Shown here in pieces: positions 8,174 through 17,234 of a DNA stretch of 33,808 bases. Made by a program: the position numbers and the translations under genes. Source of the DNA: Opitutia bacterium. GTDB taxonomy: Bacteria > Verrucomicrobiota > Verrucomicrobiia > Opitutales > UBA953. The notes beneath the pieces are model-generated. The model did not search any database. It was not told the origin of the DNA and saw only the letters and a list, made by a program, of their open reading frames with translations. The stretch's first letter is position 1, and every line of letters begins with the position of its first letter. The stretch is taken from assembly GCA_041306485.1 (NCBI GenBank), contig JBFZFD010000089.1, positions 1 to 33,808 on the forward strand. The letters are read 5' to 3'.

Positions 8174-10165
8174 GTGAGCAAGCCGACCAACTGGACTATC
8201 AAGGACGCCGAAGAATACTACGGTTTCAAGCGCTGGGGCGGCGCCCATTTCTCCGTCGACCCCAAGGGTTGCCTCTGCGTGCACCCGATGGGCGACGACC
8301 GCAAAATTCGCATCCTCGACGTAGTCAAAGAAGCCGCTGCCATGGGCCTGCGTCCGCCGCTGACCATCCGCGTCCAGGATCTCCTGCGCCGCCGCGTTCT
8401 CCAAATCAACGAGGCCTTCGCCGCGGCCGTCGTGAGTGAGGGTTACAAGGGTCGCTACCGCGGAGTATTCCCCATCAAGGTCAACCAGCTCCGCGAAGTA
8501 GTGGAAGAGATTCTCGACGCGGGTGAGCCTTATGGCTTCGGGCTCGAAGCTGGCTCCAAGCCCGAGCTGCTGATCGCTCTCGCCCTCGTCGAGGCCCGCG
8601 ACTCTCTGCTCATCTGCAACGGCTACAAGGACGAGGAGTTCATCCAACTTGCCCTGATGGGTCGCAAGCTCGGCAAGCAGACCGTCATCGTTATCGAGCA
8701 GGTCTCCGAGGTCGACGCCATCATCCGGATTGCCCGTCAGATGGGAGTCACCCCTCATATCGGTATCCGGGTCAAGCTGGCCGCGACCGGTGAGGGTAAA
8801 TGGGCCGAGAGCACCGGCGAGAACGCCAAGTTCGGTCTGACCGCCTCCGAGATCATGGTTGCGGTAGAGAAGTTGCGCCGGGCCAAGATGACCGACGCCC
8901 TCCGCCTGGTCCACTTCCACATCGGCTCCCAGGTCCCCAACATCGCCACCATCAAGAAGGCGGTGGTCGAAGCCGCCCGTTACTACTGCGAGCTCGCCAA
9001 GATGGGCTTCCCCATGGGCTTGCTCGACGTGGGTGGCGGACTGGGCATCGACTACGACGGCAGCCGCTCTGCCTACGAGTCGTCCATGAACTACACCATG
9101 GAGGTCTATGCCCGCGACGTGGTCGCCCATGTCAAACAGGTCTGCGATGCGGCCCGCGTCCCCGTGCCCGACATCGTTTCCGAGTCTGGCCGCGCTCTCG
9201 TCGCCCCCCACTCCATCCTCATCTTCGAAGCAGTCGACCGTATCGCCCGAGACGGCGATGCCGGCCGCGCACCCAAGGGCAAGCCCCACCAGGTCATCCG
9301 GGAGCTCGAGGCCATCCTTCGCAACAAACGCAAGTACGACCCCCTCGAGCGCTTCCACGACGCCAAGGAGAAGCGCGATGAAGCCCATAGCCGATTCACT
9401 CTAGGTTACCTCGGGCTCGAGCAGCGCGCCTACGTCGACCGTCTCTACTGGCAAATCTGCCGGGACCTCCGCGCCCAGATGTCCACCCAGTCCGACGTAC
9501 CCGACGAGCTCGCTCGCCTCGACTCCATGCTCGCCGAGCAGTACGTCTGCAACTTCTCGGTCTTCCAGTCCCTGCTCGACCACTGGGCCCTTGACCAGCT
9601 CTTCCCCATCGCCCCCATTCACCGCCTTAACGAGAGACCAGTCGTCCAGGCCACCCTTGCCGACATCACCTGCGACTCCGATGGCAAGGTGGACGACTTT
9701 ATCGACTTGGAGGATGTCCGTCGCACCCTCGCCCTCCACCCGCTCAAGCCCGATGAGCCCTATTACATCGGGGCCTTCATGGTCGGAGCCTACCAGGACA
9801 TCATGGGCGACCTGCACAACCTCTTTGGACGCGTCAACGAGGCCCACGTCTTTCTCGAGGACGATGAGGCCGATGGCTTCTACATCGAGGAGGCCATCCC
9901 GGGCTATAGCGTCGAGCGCATCCTCGGCATGATCCAGTACAACGCCGAGGACCTCTCCCGCACGCTCAAGCGCCAAGTCGATCGCGCCACCCGAGCCGAC
10001 ACCGTCAAGCCCCGCGAGGGCGTGGCCATGGTCGATCTCTACGAGCGCCTCCTGCGCGGCAGCACCTACCTGATTCCTGAGCGCGAGACCCGTCCCTCCA
10101 AGCCCAAGAAGAAGGCGCCGAGTAAGAAGTCGAAGGCGCAACCTCGCCCCAAGCGGAAACGCTGA
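8174..10165 (+). CDS. speA: biosynthetic arginine decarboxylase
   Basis: ORF 8018..10165. WTIKDAEEYYGFKRWG N-terminus, PLP-lysine motif VFPIKVNQ, GGGLGIDYDG. There is no in-frame ATG near the conserved N-terminus, so GTG at 8174 (VSKPTNW) is proposed. The upstream part overlaps the SMUG1 gene. Confidence 0.9.
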   Translation: MSKPTNWTIKDAEEYYGFKRWGGAHFSVDPKGCLCVHPMGDDRKIRILDVVKEAAAMGLRPPLTIRVQDLLRRRVLQINEAFAAAVVSEGYKGRYRGVFPIKVNQLREVVEEILDAGEPYGFGLEAGSKPELLIALALVEARDSLLICNGYKDEEFIQLALMGRKLGKQTVIVIEQVSEVDAIIRIARQMGVTPHIGIRVKLAATGEGKWAESTGENAKFGLTASEIMVAVEKLRRAKMTDALRLVHFHIGSQVPNIATIKKAVVEAARYYCELAKMGFPMGLLDVGGGLGIDYDGSRSAYESSMNYTMEVYARDVVAHVKQVCDAARVPVPDIVSESGRALVAPHSILIFEAVDRIARDGDAGRAPKGKPHQVIRELEAILRNKRKYDPLERFHDAKEKRDEAHSRFTLGYLGLEQRAYVDRLYWQICRDLRAQMSTQSDVPDELARLDSMLAEQYVCNFSVFQSLLDHWALDQLFPIAPIHRLNERPVVQATLADITCDSDGKVDDFIDLEDVRRTLALHPLKPDEPYYIGAFMVGAYQDIMGDLHNLFGRVNEAHVFLEDDEADGFYIEEAIPGYSVERILGMIQYNAEDLSRTLKRQVDRATRADTVKPREGVAMVDLYERLLRGSTYLIPERETRPSKPKKKAPSKKSKAQPRPKRKR

Positions 10166-10196
10166 AACCCGCGACGCTGGGCGGGGTTGGCAGTAC

Positions 10197-11045
10197 ATGC
10201 GCTGCCTCATTTTCATCTTCGCCTCCGCCAGTCTCCTTGCCGCGGAGCAAAGTAGGGTCACCTTCCGGGTCGAAGGTGACCGCCGTAGGGTGGAATCCAA
10301 TGGCATCGCCAACCATCCCACCGGTAGTTTCCCTGGGCGGGGAAACCCCCACGCGATCTCCGCACAGAGGTATACCTTGAGCATGCCAGCCCATCCCGTC
10401 GCTGGGAGTGGCTTCACCAAGCCTCAGGGCCCCACCACCTGGGGGATTGCCCTCAACGGTGTGCCGTTCGACCCCAACACGGCTGAGTACTGGAACAATG
10501 ACCGCTCCAGCGGTTGGAATCTCGACCTCATGGGCCAGGACGGCCGCATGGGCGTGGATGCTAGCCACGCCCACGTCCAGCCCAGCGGGGCCTACCATTA
10601 CCATGCGACGCCTATCGGCCTCGTGGACGCGCTAGGTGGCGACAAGGGGCGCACCCTGCTCATCGGCTATGCCGCAGACGGATTCCCAGTTTATAGCGCC
10701 AACGGCCACAAGGATCCCAAGGACCCGCGTAGCCCCATAGTCGTGCTTCGCTCCGGTTATCAGCTCAAGCCGGGCAACCGTCCCGATGGTCCAGGAGGCA
10801 AGCACGACGGTAGGTATGTGGCTGACTGGGAGTGGAAGGATGGGGCCGACCTTGATCAGGCCAACGGCCGCTTCGAGGTAAACCCAGAGTATCCCCAGGG
10901 CACCTACGCCTACCATGTCACTCCAACCTTCCCCTATATCCCTAGACTCTTCCGTGGTACCCCAGATACCAGCTTCCGCAAACAGCCAGGCACGGGCGGA
11001 AGGACTCGCCGTCCTGGCGGGCCGGAAGGACCTCTCCCGCGCTGA
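10197..11045 (+). CDS. secreted YHYH domain-containing protein
   Basis: N-terminal signal peptide MRCLIFIFASASLLAAE. Signature GAYHYHATP plus a second YAYH, as in the YHYH family. Confidence 0.75.
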   Translation: MRCLIFIFASASLLAAEQSRVTFRVEGDRRRVESNGIANHPTGSFPGRGNPHAISAQRYTLSMPAHPVAGSGFTKPQGPTTWGIALNGVPFDPNTAEYWNNDRSSGWNLDLMGQDGRMGVDASHAHVQPSGAYHYHATPIGLVDALGGDKGRTLLIGYAADGFPVYSANGHKDPKDPRSPIVVLRSGYQLKPGNRPDGPGGKHDGRYVADWEWKDGADLDQANGRFEVNPEYPQGTYAYHVTPTFPYIPRLFRGTPDTSFRKQPGTGGRTRRPGGPEGPLPR

Positions 11046-11144
11046 ACTTCAGGACAGAGCCAGTTCAGGCACGAAGGGCGGCCTCCCCCGAACGACGTGT
11101 ACGGGCCCGAGCCGGGGTAAGGAGTGAGTGCGAGGATAACCAGT

Positions 11145-13337
11145 TCAACGAAGGAATGCCTCGTGCAGGCCACCATCGACGGTGATGACCTGGCCGGTGG
11201 TCTTGGAGAGGCGGTTTGTCACGAGCAGGTGATAGGCCTCGGCTTGGTCAGCCGGGGTGATGGGTGACTTGGTCAAGGTGCGATCAGCATAGAACTGGGC
11301 GAGTTTGCGCACCAGTGAGTCCGTCGCCTCATCCTCGGTATAGGGGATGTGGTACTTGGCGAGCGAGCCGATGACGCGGTCGCGAGGGAACATCGCGGAG
11401 CCTTGCACCACGGTGGCCGGAGCCACGCCGTTGACCCGGACTAAGGGGGCAAGCTCGATGGCAAGTTCGCGCACGAGGTGATTAGCGGCGGCTTTAGAAG
11501 TGTCGTAGGCGAGCGAGCCCTTCTTCGCCACCACTGCATTGGCACTGGTGGTGAGGACAAGGTTACCGCGCAGACCCTGCTCGTTCCAAGTCTTGGCGGC
11601 CTCGTCAGCGACGAGGTAGCTGCCGGTGACATTGATTGCAAAAGTCGTTGCCCACTTGTCGTCGGGGATATGGCCCGTGGTGTCACTCGGCACAAAGATA
11701 CCTGCCGTAACACAGATGCTATCGAAGCCCCCGTAGGCCAAGGCCACCTGGTCGAGCATGGCGCGGAGGGAGGCGCGGTCGGTCACGTTAGCAGCAAGTC
11801 CGATGGCAGGTCCGCAGCCTGAGATACCGGAGCCGGCCACGCCGATGCCCAGTCCGTGACGGTCAGTGATCTCCTTAGCCGTAGCCTCGGCTGCGGTAAG
11901 GTTGAGGTCCACGCAGACGAGGTGGGCGCCCTCGCGGACGAGGCGGTGGGCGGTCTCGCGGCCGATACCCGAACCAGCGCCGATGACCACTACCACCTGA
12001 CGGGCGAGTTCCTTCTCGGGAGGCATGCGCCGGAGCTTGGCCTCCTCCAGTTGCCAGTACTCGATGTCGAACGCCTCTTGCTGGGGGAGGGCGATGTAGG
12101 TGTCGATGGCCTCGGCGCCACGCATCACCTCAACCGCGCAGTTGTAAAACTCGGCAGTCACACGGGACTCCGACTTGTCCTTGCCCCAAGCTATCATCCC
12201 CAAGCCTGGGATGAGCACGACCGTAGGATTGGGGTCGCGCATGGCAGGCGAACCTGGTCGCTTGCAGGCCTCGTAGTAAGCGGCGTAGTCGCGGCGGTAT
12301 TGCTCGAGTCCAGCAAGGAGTCGGGCCTTGAGGTCAGCGACATCACCCGTGGCAGGATTCCAGTCCACATACAACGGCTTGATCTTGGTACGGAGGAAGT
12401 GGTCGGGGCAGGAGGTGCCGAGCGCGGCGAGGCGAGGGGCATCCTTCGAGTTGACGAACCTCAAGATGCGCTCGTCGTCCTGTACCGTCCCGATGAAACG
12501 GCGCTCCGTCGAGATACGTCCGCGCAGCCAAGGCAGGATGGAGGCGAGGATGGCATGGCGGCGCGAGGTCTCGAGAGCGGGATGGGCGGGGCCGCCGAAG
12601 GCCGCAGCATCGCCACCCTTGGCGGTATAGCGCTGCTCGATGTAGGCGGCGGCCTCTTCGATCATCGAGAGGGTGCGCTCATAGCAGGCCTTTTCGTCGT
12701 CATCCCAAGAGATGAAACCGTGCTGGCCCATCATGATGGCCTTGATCTTAGGCTGGGCGCGGACGACCTCCTGCATGGCTAGGCCGAGTTCAAAGCCCGG
12801 GCGCATCCAAGGCACGTAGGCCATGCGACCGCCAAAGACCTCCTGGGTGAGGCGCTCGCAATTGCGCGAGGCAGCGATGGCGATGACTGCATTGGGATGC
12901 ATGTGGTCCACATGCTTGCCGGGGATGAAACTATGCAGCGGCGTGTCGATGGACGAGGCACGGGGATTGAGGTTGAAGGTCGCATGGGCGTACATGCCGA
13001 CCATGTCATCCTCGGCCACCGACTTGAGCCCCTTATCGCTGCGCGCGGCGTAGGTCGCCTGTAGCCCGATGAGCTTCTCCTGGTAGAGCGACGAGAAGTT
13101 CTCCCGGCCGCTAGTCCGCAGATCCCCGCCTGAGCCCTTGACCCAGAGCACTTCGACGGGCTTGCCCGTGAGGGGATCGACCTCGACCAGTTTGGCCGAG
13201 GTATTGCCGCCACCTGTATTGGTGACGCGCTGGTCGGCGCCGAGCTTGTTGGATCGGTAGACGAGGCGGGCAACGGGGTCGAGTTTGGCGACCTCGGCAT
13301 CCACCCAGAGGTGGGAAACGTATTTGTGTTGGGACAT
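11145..13337 (-). CDS. bifunctional class II aldolase / short-chain dehydrogenase (RhaEW-type rhamnulose-1-phosphate aldolase / lactaldehyde dehydrogenase)
   Basis: ORF 11145..13394, ATG at 13337 (MSQHKYVSHLW). The N-terminal aldolase domain has TNTGGGNTSAK. The C-terminal SDR domain has VVVVIGAGSGIGRE and YDTSKAAANH (YxxxK). Confidence 0.88.
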   Translation of the reverse strand: MSQHKYVSHLWVDAEVAKLDPVARLVYRSNKLGADQRVTNTGGGNTSAKLVEVDPLTGKPVEVLWVKGSGGDLRTSGRENFSSLYQEKLIGLQATYAARSDKGLKSVAEDDMVGMYAHATFNLNPRASSIDTPLHSFIPGKHVDHMHPNAVIAIAASRNCERLTQEVFGGRMAYVPWMRPGFELGLAMQEVVRAQPKIKAIMMGQHGFISWDDDEKACYERTLSMIEEAAAYIEQRYTAKGGDAAAFGGPAHPALETSRRHAILASILPWLRGRISTERRFIGTVQDDERILRFVNSKDAPRLAALGTSCPDHFLRTKIKPLYVDWNPATGDVADLKARLLAGLEQYRRDYAAYYEACKRPGSPAMRDPNPTVVLIPGLGMIAWGKDKSESRVTAEFYNCAVEVMRGAEAIDTYIALPQQEAFDIEYWQLEEAKLRRMPPEKELARQVVVVIGAGSGIGRETAHRLVREGAHLVCVDLNLTAAEATAKEITDRHGLGIGVAGSGISGCGPAIGLAANVTDRASLRAMLDQVALAYGGFDSICVTAGIFVPSDTTGHIPDDKWATTFAINVTGSYLVADEAAKTWNEQGLRGNLVLTTSANAVVAKKGSLAYDTSKAAANHLVRELAIELAPLVRVNGVAPATVVQGSAMFPRDRVIGSLAKYHIPYTEDEATDSLVRKLAQFYADRTLTKSPITPADQAEAYHLLVTNRLSKTTGQVITVDGGLHEAFLR

Positions 13338-13348
13338 GTTGGGGAAAG

Positions 13349-14818
13349 TTAGGCGCGGGGAAGCTTGCGAAGGCGGCGGAGCGCTTCGGTCCATGAGGGG
13401 GAGGGACGGGGCTCTAGAGTGGTCACAGGGAATGAGGCGCGTACGACCGAGCGGATACCAGCCAGGCCGCGGATTTCCCCCATCGTGGCAGCCTGCACGA
13501 GCAGATTGCCGGCGGCGGTGGCCTCGACTGGACCGGCCACCACGCGGCGGCCAGTGGCGTCAGCAGTGGCCTGGTTGAGGAGGGCATTCCGCGAACCCCC
13601 TCCTACGATATGGAGGGTGCGCAGGGTTCGTCCCGTCAGGCGCTCCAGGGCATCGAGCTCCAGGCGATAGAGCAAGGCGAGCGACTCTAAGATACAGCGG
13701 GCAATTTGGCCGGTCGTGCGTGGCACGGGCTGCCCGGTCTCGCGGCAGTAGGCTTGGACCTTTGCGACCATGTCGCCCCGGCGCACGAACCGCGCGTCAT
13801 CCAGCCTCAGCAAGGAGCGCAACGGGCGGGCCTCCGTGGCGAGGCGGGTGATCTCGTCGTAATCCGAAACTCCTCCGCCTTCCATCCACTCGCGGCGACA
13901 TTCCTGCAGGACCCAAAGCCCGACGAGGTTCTTGAGGAAGCGCGTGGTACCGGCATAGCCCGTCTCGTTGGTGAAACCCGCGCGGCGGGACCGGTCGTCT
14001 AACCGAGGCTCTGGTAACTCGACCCCGAGCAGCGACCAGGTGCCGGAAGAAAGGTAGGCCCAGTCATCACCCTTGGTCGCAGGGACTGCCGCGACGGCTG
14101 CGGCGGTGTCGTGGGCGCAGGTCGCGACGACCTTCGCTGCGACCAGACCGGTCTCGCGGGCGAGCTCGGGACGAAGCTGGCCGAGCTTGGTACCCGGCTT
14201 GACCACCTTGGGGAAGAGTCGCCGCGGGATGCCCATCCGGTCGATCAGTGGCCAAGCCCACCGACGGTTTCGGGTGTCCCATAGCTGGGAGCCAGAGACC
14301 AGCGTCTCTTCACCGCGGGCTACGCCCGAGAGAAGCCAGCTGATGTAATCGCCGATGAGTAGGAATCGATCGGCGAGTTTGAGTACCTCGGGACGGTTCT
14401 CCACGTCATCTAAGAGTTGGTAGAGCGTGTTAATGCTCAGCGAGGCGATACCTGTCGCTGCGAAGGCCGCACGAGGCGAGGCAATCTTCACACCATGGGC
14501 AAACGCAGCGAAGGTCCTCTCATCGCGATAGGTATAGGGCAGGGAAAGCGCGGGACCCTCCCCCTTGGTCAGGACGTAGTCGACGCCCCAGGAGTCGCAA
14601 GCGATGGAGTCCACGCGGCCACCGCGGGCGCCCTTGGCAAGGCCGATACGGATCTCGCGGAAGAGGCGCAGGATGTCCCAGCGCAGCGTACCATCCGCGG
14701 TGACGGCGCCATTGGGAAACCGGTGTACCTCGCGCATGCGCAACTTACCCTTGGTCAGAGTACCCAGGATGACGCGGCCGGATTCGGCGCCGAGGTCGAT
14801 GGCGAGGTGGCGGGACAT
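13349..14818 (-). CDS. rhaB: rhamnulokinase-type FGGY carbohydrate kinase
   Basis: MSRHLAIDLGAESGRVILG...EVHRFPN...WDI N-terminus is typical of RhaB. 489 aa. It sits between aldolase genes. Confidence 0.82.
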   Translation of the reverse strand: MSRHLAIDLGAESGRVILGTLTKGKLRMREVHRFPNGAVTADGTLRWDILRLFREIRIGLAKGARGGRVDSIACDSWGVDYVLTKGEGPALSLPYTYRDERTFAAFAHGVKIASPRAAFAATGIASLSINTLYQLLDDVENRPEVLKLADRFLLIGDYISWLLSGVARGEETLVSGSQLWDTRNRRWAWPLIDRMGIPRRLFPKVVKPGTKLGQLRPELARETGLVAAKVVATCAHDTAAAVAAVPATKGDDWAYLSSGTWSLLGVELPEPRLDDRSRRAGFTNETGYAGTTRFLKNLVGLWVLQECRREWMEGGGVSDYDEITRLATEARPLRSLLRLDDARFVRRGDMVAKVQAYCRETGQPVPRTTGQIARCILESLALLYRLELDALERLTGRTLRTLHIVGGGSRNALLNQATADATGRRVVAGPVEATAAGNLLVQAATMGEIRGLAGIRSVVRASFPVTTLEPRPSPSWTEALRRLRKLPRA

Positions 14819-14825
14819 AGGAGTA

Positions 14826-15587
14826 TTAAAGGTTGAGCATGCGCTGGCGGTAGTGCTCGTCGGGACGTCCCGCGATGCGCTCGACCTGGGCGGAGGTAAG
14901 GAAGACGGGTCCGCCCAAGGCGGCCGCGCCTACGAGGATGGCTGCAGCCTTCTCCGCCATCTGCAGGGAGGCAAGCACGGCAGCAGGACTGGGACCGACT
15001 GCGATGATGCCGTGATTGGCCAACAGGATAACCCGCGGAGCGCGGCTGGTTCGAGCGACGAGGGCGAGGGTCTCGCGACGGATGGCCTGGGCAAGGGCCA
15101 AGCCCGGGTCCACGTAAGGAACGAACACGGACTCCGTGCCGCAGCAGACAATTTCGTCGGGGAAGATGCGTCGACGCGCCAAATCCTCTGCACGGGGCGA
15201 GCAAAGCACCTGGTTGACAGCGATAGAATGACAGTGGCCGACCGCAGCGACCCCGGGTAAGCCGAGTAGCCAGGCATGGAAGAGGGCCTCGACGGAAGGC
15301 TTATGGGCGGCTGGGTCGACGCGGGCGTCGAGCAGGGCCTGGTCGACCTCGGCGTCGGTCAGCCCCTCCCTCTCCAAGAGGGGGAGCAGTCGGTCAAAGC
15401 GACACTCGACGAGGCCGTCCTCCCCGAGAGTCGCGAGGGTGCAGCCAGAAGCCTTCACGACAAAGGTCTCGTCCGTCAGGCGGATAGAGGTGTTACCTTC
15501 CCCAAGGATGGCCATGCGCAGGGCAGGGGAGCCCACCTCGTGGGATAGCCGGAGCAGCTCGGCAATGCGCTGGTGACGTTCGGCCAT
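14826..15587 (-). CDS. class II aldolase/adducin family protein (FucA/AraD fold)
   Basis: GEGNTSIR, metal-ligand pattern GHCHS and NHGIIAVG. 253 aa. Confidence 0.85.
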   Translation of the reverse strand: MAERHQRIAELLRLSHEVGSPALRMAILGEGNTSIRLTDETFVVKASGCTLATLGEDGLVECRFDRLLPLLEREGLTDAEVDQALLDARVDPAAHKPSVEALFHAWLLGLPGVAAVGHCHSIAVNQVLCSPRAEDLARRRIFPDEIVCCGTESVFVPYVDPGLALAQAIRRETLALVARTSRAPRVILLANHGIIAVGPSPAAVLASLQMAEKAAAILVGAAALGGPVFLTSAQVERIAGRPDEHYRQRMLNL

Positions 15588-15589
15588 GC

Positions 15590-17221
15590 TCAGCTGATGT
15601 CCCCGCAGATGGAGACGTCGAGGCCTAAGGCGCGCATGGCGCCAGCCTTAGCGGCAAGGCCTCGGATGGCCGCAGCCTTGGATGGTGCGTAGACAACTTG
15701 GATGTGATTGGACTTATGGCGGGCCATCATCTGGTCGCGGTCAATGCCAGGGAGAACGACATGCATGATCGGCCATTGAGGAGTAGTCAGGTGCCATCGG
15801 TCATCGGTCTCAGCTTTAGGAAGCGCGACGACCTCGCCTAGGCCGGTGTCGAAGCGGAGCTTGCCGCCCTCGACGAAGACGCGCGACCAGACAATCCAGC
15901 CGGGCTTGGACACTCCCTTCACCGTGCCACCTCCGAGCCGGAAGTACATCGGTGGCTGGCGCTCTGAGACGGTCCCGCGGTAGCCACTGATGAAGTGGGC
16001 AGGAGGGGCGGCGCCGGAAATAAGGAAGACCCAGACATAGGCGTCGAGCGTGCCACGTCCGGACTTACCCCGGTAGTGCCGGCCCCAGCGTAAGTCGTGC
16101 AGGGTGTTTTCGGGGGGGAAGCCGAGCTCGCGCCAGAGCCGGTAGGTGATCAGGCCATCGAGGCCCGCGCACTCGTCGACTTCGTTGAAGTGGGGCAGGG
16201 CCTCGCCCGCGAAGAGCTCGCGGCCGTCACGCTCGGCGAAGACCGGCGGGCGGTCACGGTTATTGAGCAGACCCTCGACGAGGTCGGAGGCGGGAGCCAG
16301 ATCCTTAAGTCCCTGCTGGTACTGGATGCCGATAGTCGCGCAGCCGAAGTCGTCAGCGATGCGCACAGCGGCGATGTACATGCGGAGCTGGTCCAGAGTC
16401 TGGCGACGGGTGAGCTCGGTGCGTTCATCCTTTCCCCATTCGAAGCGCATGCCTTTACGCTCGAGCCAGCGCAGGGCGGCCTTGGCCTCACTGTCCTTCA
16501 CCAACAGCATCCGTGCGTAGAGCGTGGCCTGGCTGAGTCGCTCCTTAAATACTCCCGTTGGGTGGAGGAGCTCATCGGGGATGATGGCGTTGTACATGCC
16601 CATGCAACCCTCGTCGAAGACTCCCATGATGGCCTTATCCCGGCGTAAGGCTTCGGCAAAGCGCACGCCATGGCTGAGCGCGGCGGCGGGCAGGGCGACC
16701 TTGGCCATCGTGCGTACGTGGGCGGTGCGATGCGTCGTCTTACCGGTGCGCAGCCAGCCGCGTAGGCCAGCCAGGAATCGCAGGTCGGTAAAGTCGTCGC
16801 TCCACAGCGTGGAATACTTGACGCCGGCCTTGGTCAGCGAGCCGTTGAGGTTGAGCATGCCGACTAAGCCGGGCCATGTGCCCGACCAGTTGGCCACGGT
16901 AAGAATGGGGCCACGGTGGGTGAGGAGACCGTGGAGAATGTGGTGAGAGTATTGCCAGACTGCCTCGGCGACCACGAGGGGGGCGTTGGCAGGGATGCCG
17001 CGAAAGACCTCCATGCCGTGCTTTTGGGAGTCGATGAAGCTATGCCCGACCTCCTGGCGGAAGCCGTGAGCGCGGATGACTGACCAGCCCTCGCTGACGA
17101 TGGTCCTGCGTAGGCGGGCTTCCATGGCGAGCTGCTCCTTCTCGCACTTCTGGTTGGCCGAGGCGCGCAGGTCGCCATTGGCGATCAGATAGACAGTCTT
17201 CCTGGGAGCGGGCGGGGACAC
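15590..17221 (-). CDS. L-fucose isomerase-like sugar isomerase
   Basis: ORF 15590..17287 (GTG). The size and N-terminal layout (KTVYLIANGDLR..., WSGTWPGLVGMLNLNGSL) resemble FucI-family isomerases. The internal GTG at 17221 avoids a 53-nt overlap with deoR and places the K-x-V-Y-L-I segment about where E. coli FucI has KIGIRPVI. The start is uncertain (17221 or 17287). Confidence 0.65.
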   Translation of the reverse strand: MSPPAPRKTVYLIANGDLRASANQKCEKEQLAMEARLRRTIVSEGWSVIRAHGFRQEVGHSFIDSQKHGMEVFRGIPANAPLVVAEAVWQYSHHILHGLLTHRGPILTVANWSGTWPGLVGMLNLNGSLTKAGVKYSTLWSDDFTDLRFLAGLRGWLRTGKTTHRTAHVRTMAKVALPAAALSHGVRFAEALRRDKAIMGVFDEGCMGMYNAIIPDELLHPTGVFKERLSQATLYARMLLVKDSEAKAALRWLERKGMRFEWGKDERTELTRRQTLDQLRMYIAAVRIADDFGCATIGIQYQQGLKDLAPASDLVEGLLNNRDRPPVFAERDGRELFAGEALPHFNEVDECAGLDGLITYRLWRELGFPPENTLHDLRWGRHYRGKSGRGTLDAYVWVFLISGAAPPAHFISGYRGTVSERQPPMYFRLGGGTVKGVSKPGWIVWSRVFVEGGKLRFDTGLGEVVALPKAETDDRWHLTTPQWPIMHVVLPGIDRDQMMARHKSNHIQVVYAPSKAAAIRGLAAKAGAMRALGLDVSICGDIS

Positions 17222-17234
17222 GAGGAGGAAGGGT

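Noticed and set aside
8072-10420. Long minus-strand ORFs (8072..9388, 438 aa; 9401..10420, 339 aa) opposite speA and the YHYH gene
   Set aside because: They lie antisense to genes with unmistakable family motifs. Their translations are low-complexity (Gly/Asp/Val/Leu/Ala runs) with no motifs. These are typical GC-driven shadow frames.
11046-11144. Possible bidirectional terminator between the convergent YHYH and RhaEW genes
   Set aside because: Only 4-bp stems (CCCG/CGGG) and a loose TTCAGG direct repeat were found. There is no convincing hairpin plus T-tract.
11856-12782. 308-aa plus-strand ORF inside the RhaEW-like gene; similar shadow ORFs at 3750..4478, 16097..16648, 22909..23556, 23931..24560 and 26050..26613
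   Set aside because: All are antisense to well-supported genes and lack recognisable motifs. This is a high-GC stop-codon-depletion artefact.
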